A DNA stretch of 62,859 nt, the filler included, from Rhabdomonas costata (Eukaryota): the NCBI GenBank assembly GCA_019059605.1. It is 18 parts of 18 records of this genome, joined end to end, with 100 filler letters (N's around TTAATTAATTAA, not from the genome) between each part and the next. Parts side by side here need not be neighbours in the genome. Positions count along the whole stretch, not along the records: positions 59,469 to 62,859 come from JAHMHO010000909.1; 17 more parts are not named here. One strand, 5' to 3'. Both the position numbers and the translations under genes were made by a program. The notes under the pieces are model-generated. The model ran no database searches. It saw only the letters and a program-made list of their open reading frames with translations, and was not told the origin of the DNA. Numbering within the stretch: position 1 is the first letter of the stretch; each line of letters begins with the position of its first letter. Shown here piece after piece: positions 62,722 to 62,859 of this stretch.

Positions 62722-62859
62722 CTGTGCACGACAGAATGCGAGCATATCGTTAAGCCACATCCATGTGTGAGGGGAGGGTCCAGAGACAACCAGCACAATT
62801 TGACAGAAACGTGGATGTTAGCGATATTACTTGAAGGTTGCAACAGTTGACAAAGCCAG

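Noticed and set aside
1-62859. tRNA, rRNA, snRNA or spliced-leader RNA genes
   Set aside because: No convincing cloverleaf or known leader sequence was seen by eye; a covariance-model scan would be needed to exclude them.

Overview
This window is not one locus. It is 18 unlinked contigs of about 3.4 kb, joined by artificial 100-nt N/TTAATTAATTAA/N linkers, from an intron-rich eukaryote. The organism is most plausibly a flagellated euglenozoan or other discoban protist (inference from an inner-arm dynein, a TM-HAMP receptor fragment, TTAGGG repeats, CRE-clade retroelements and AG acceptors just before start codons). Many contig ends carry G/T-only sequence typical of whole-genome-amplification primer remnants. 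Recognisable spliced genes are WDR6/Trm734, a PDR-type ABCG transporter, HRD1, UBE2W, DDB1, a Ubl-RING1-IBR (RBR) ligase, BCAT, an LRR protein and DNAH2, plus an intronless divergent NADAR and several unknown proteins. Mobile-element relics are two CRE-clade non-LTR elements (one fused to a TTAGGG tract), one L1/Tx1-like relic and two Ty3/Gypsy-type relics. The strongest signal is relaxed 5' splice-site usage: of 26 donors reconstructed by hand in conserved genes, 4 are GC, 1 is GA (needed to rebuild the IBR W-H motif) and 1 DDB1 junction is best explained by non-canonical splicing inside a direct repeat. All gene and motif calls come from manual translation and recalled family motifs; no searches were run.
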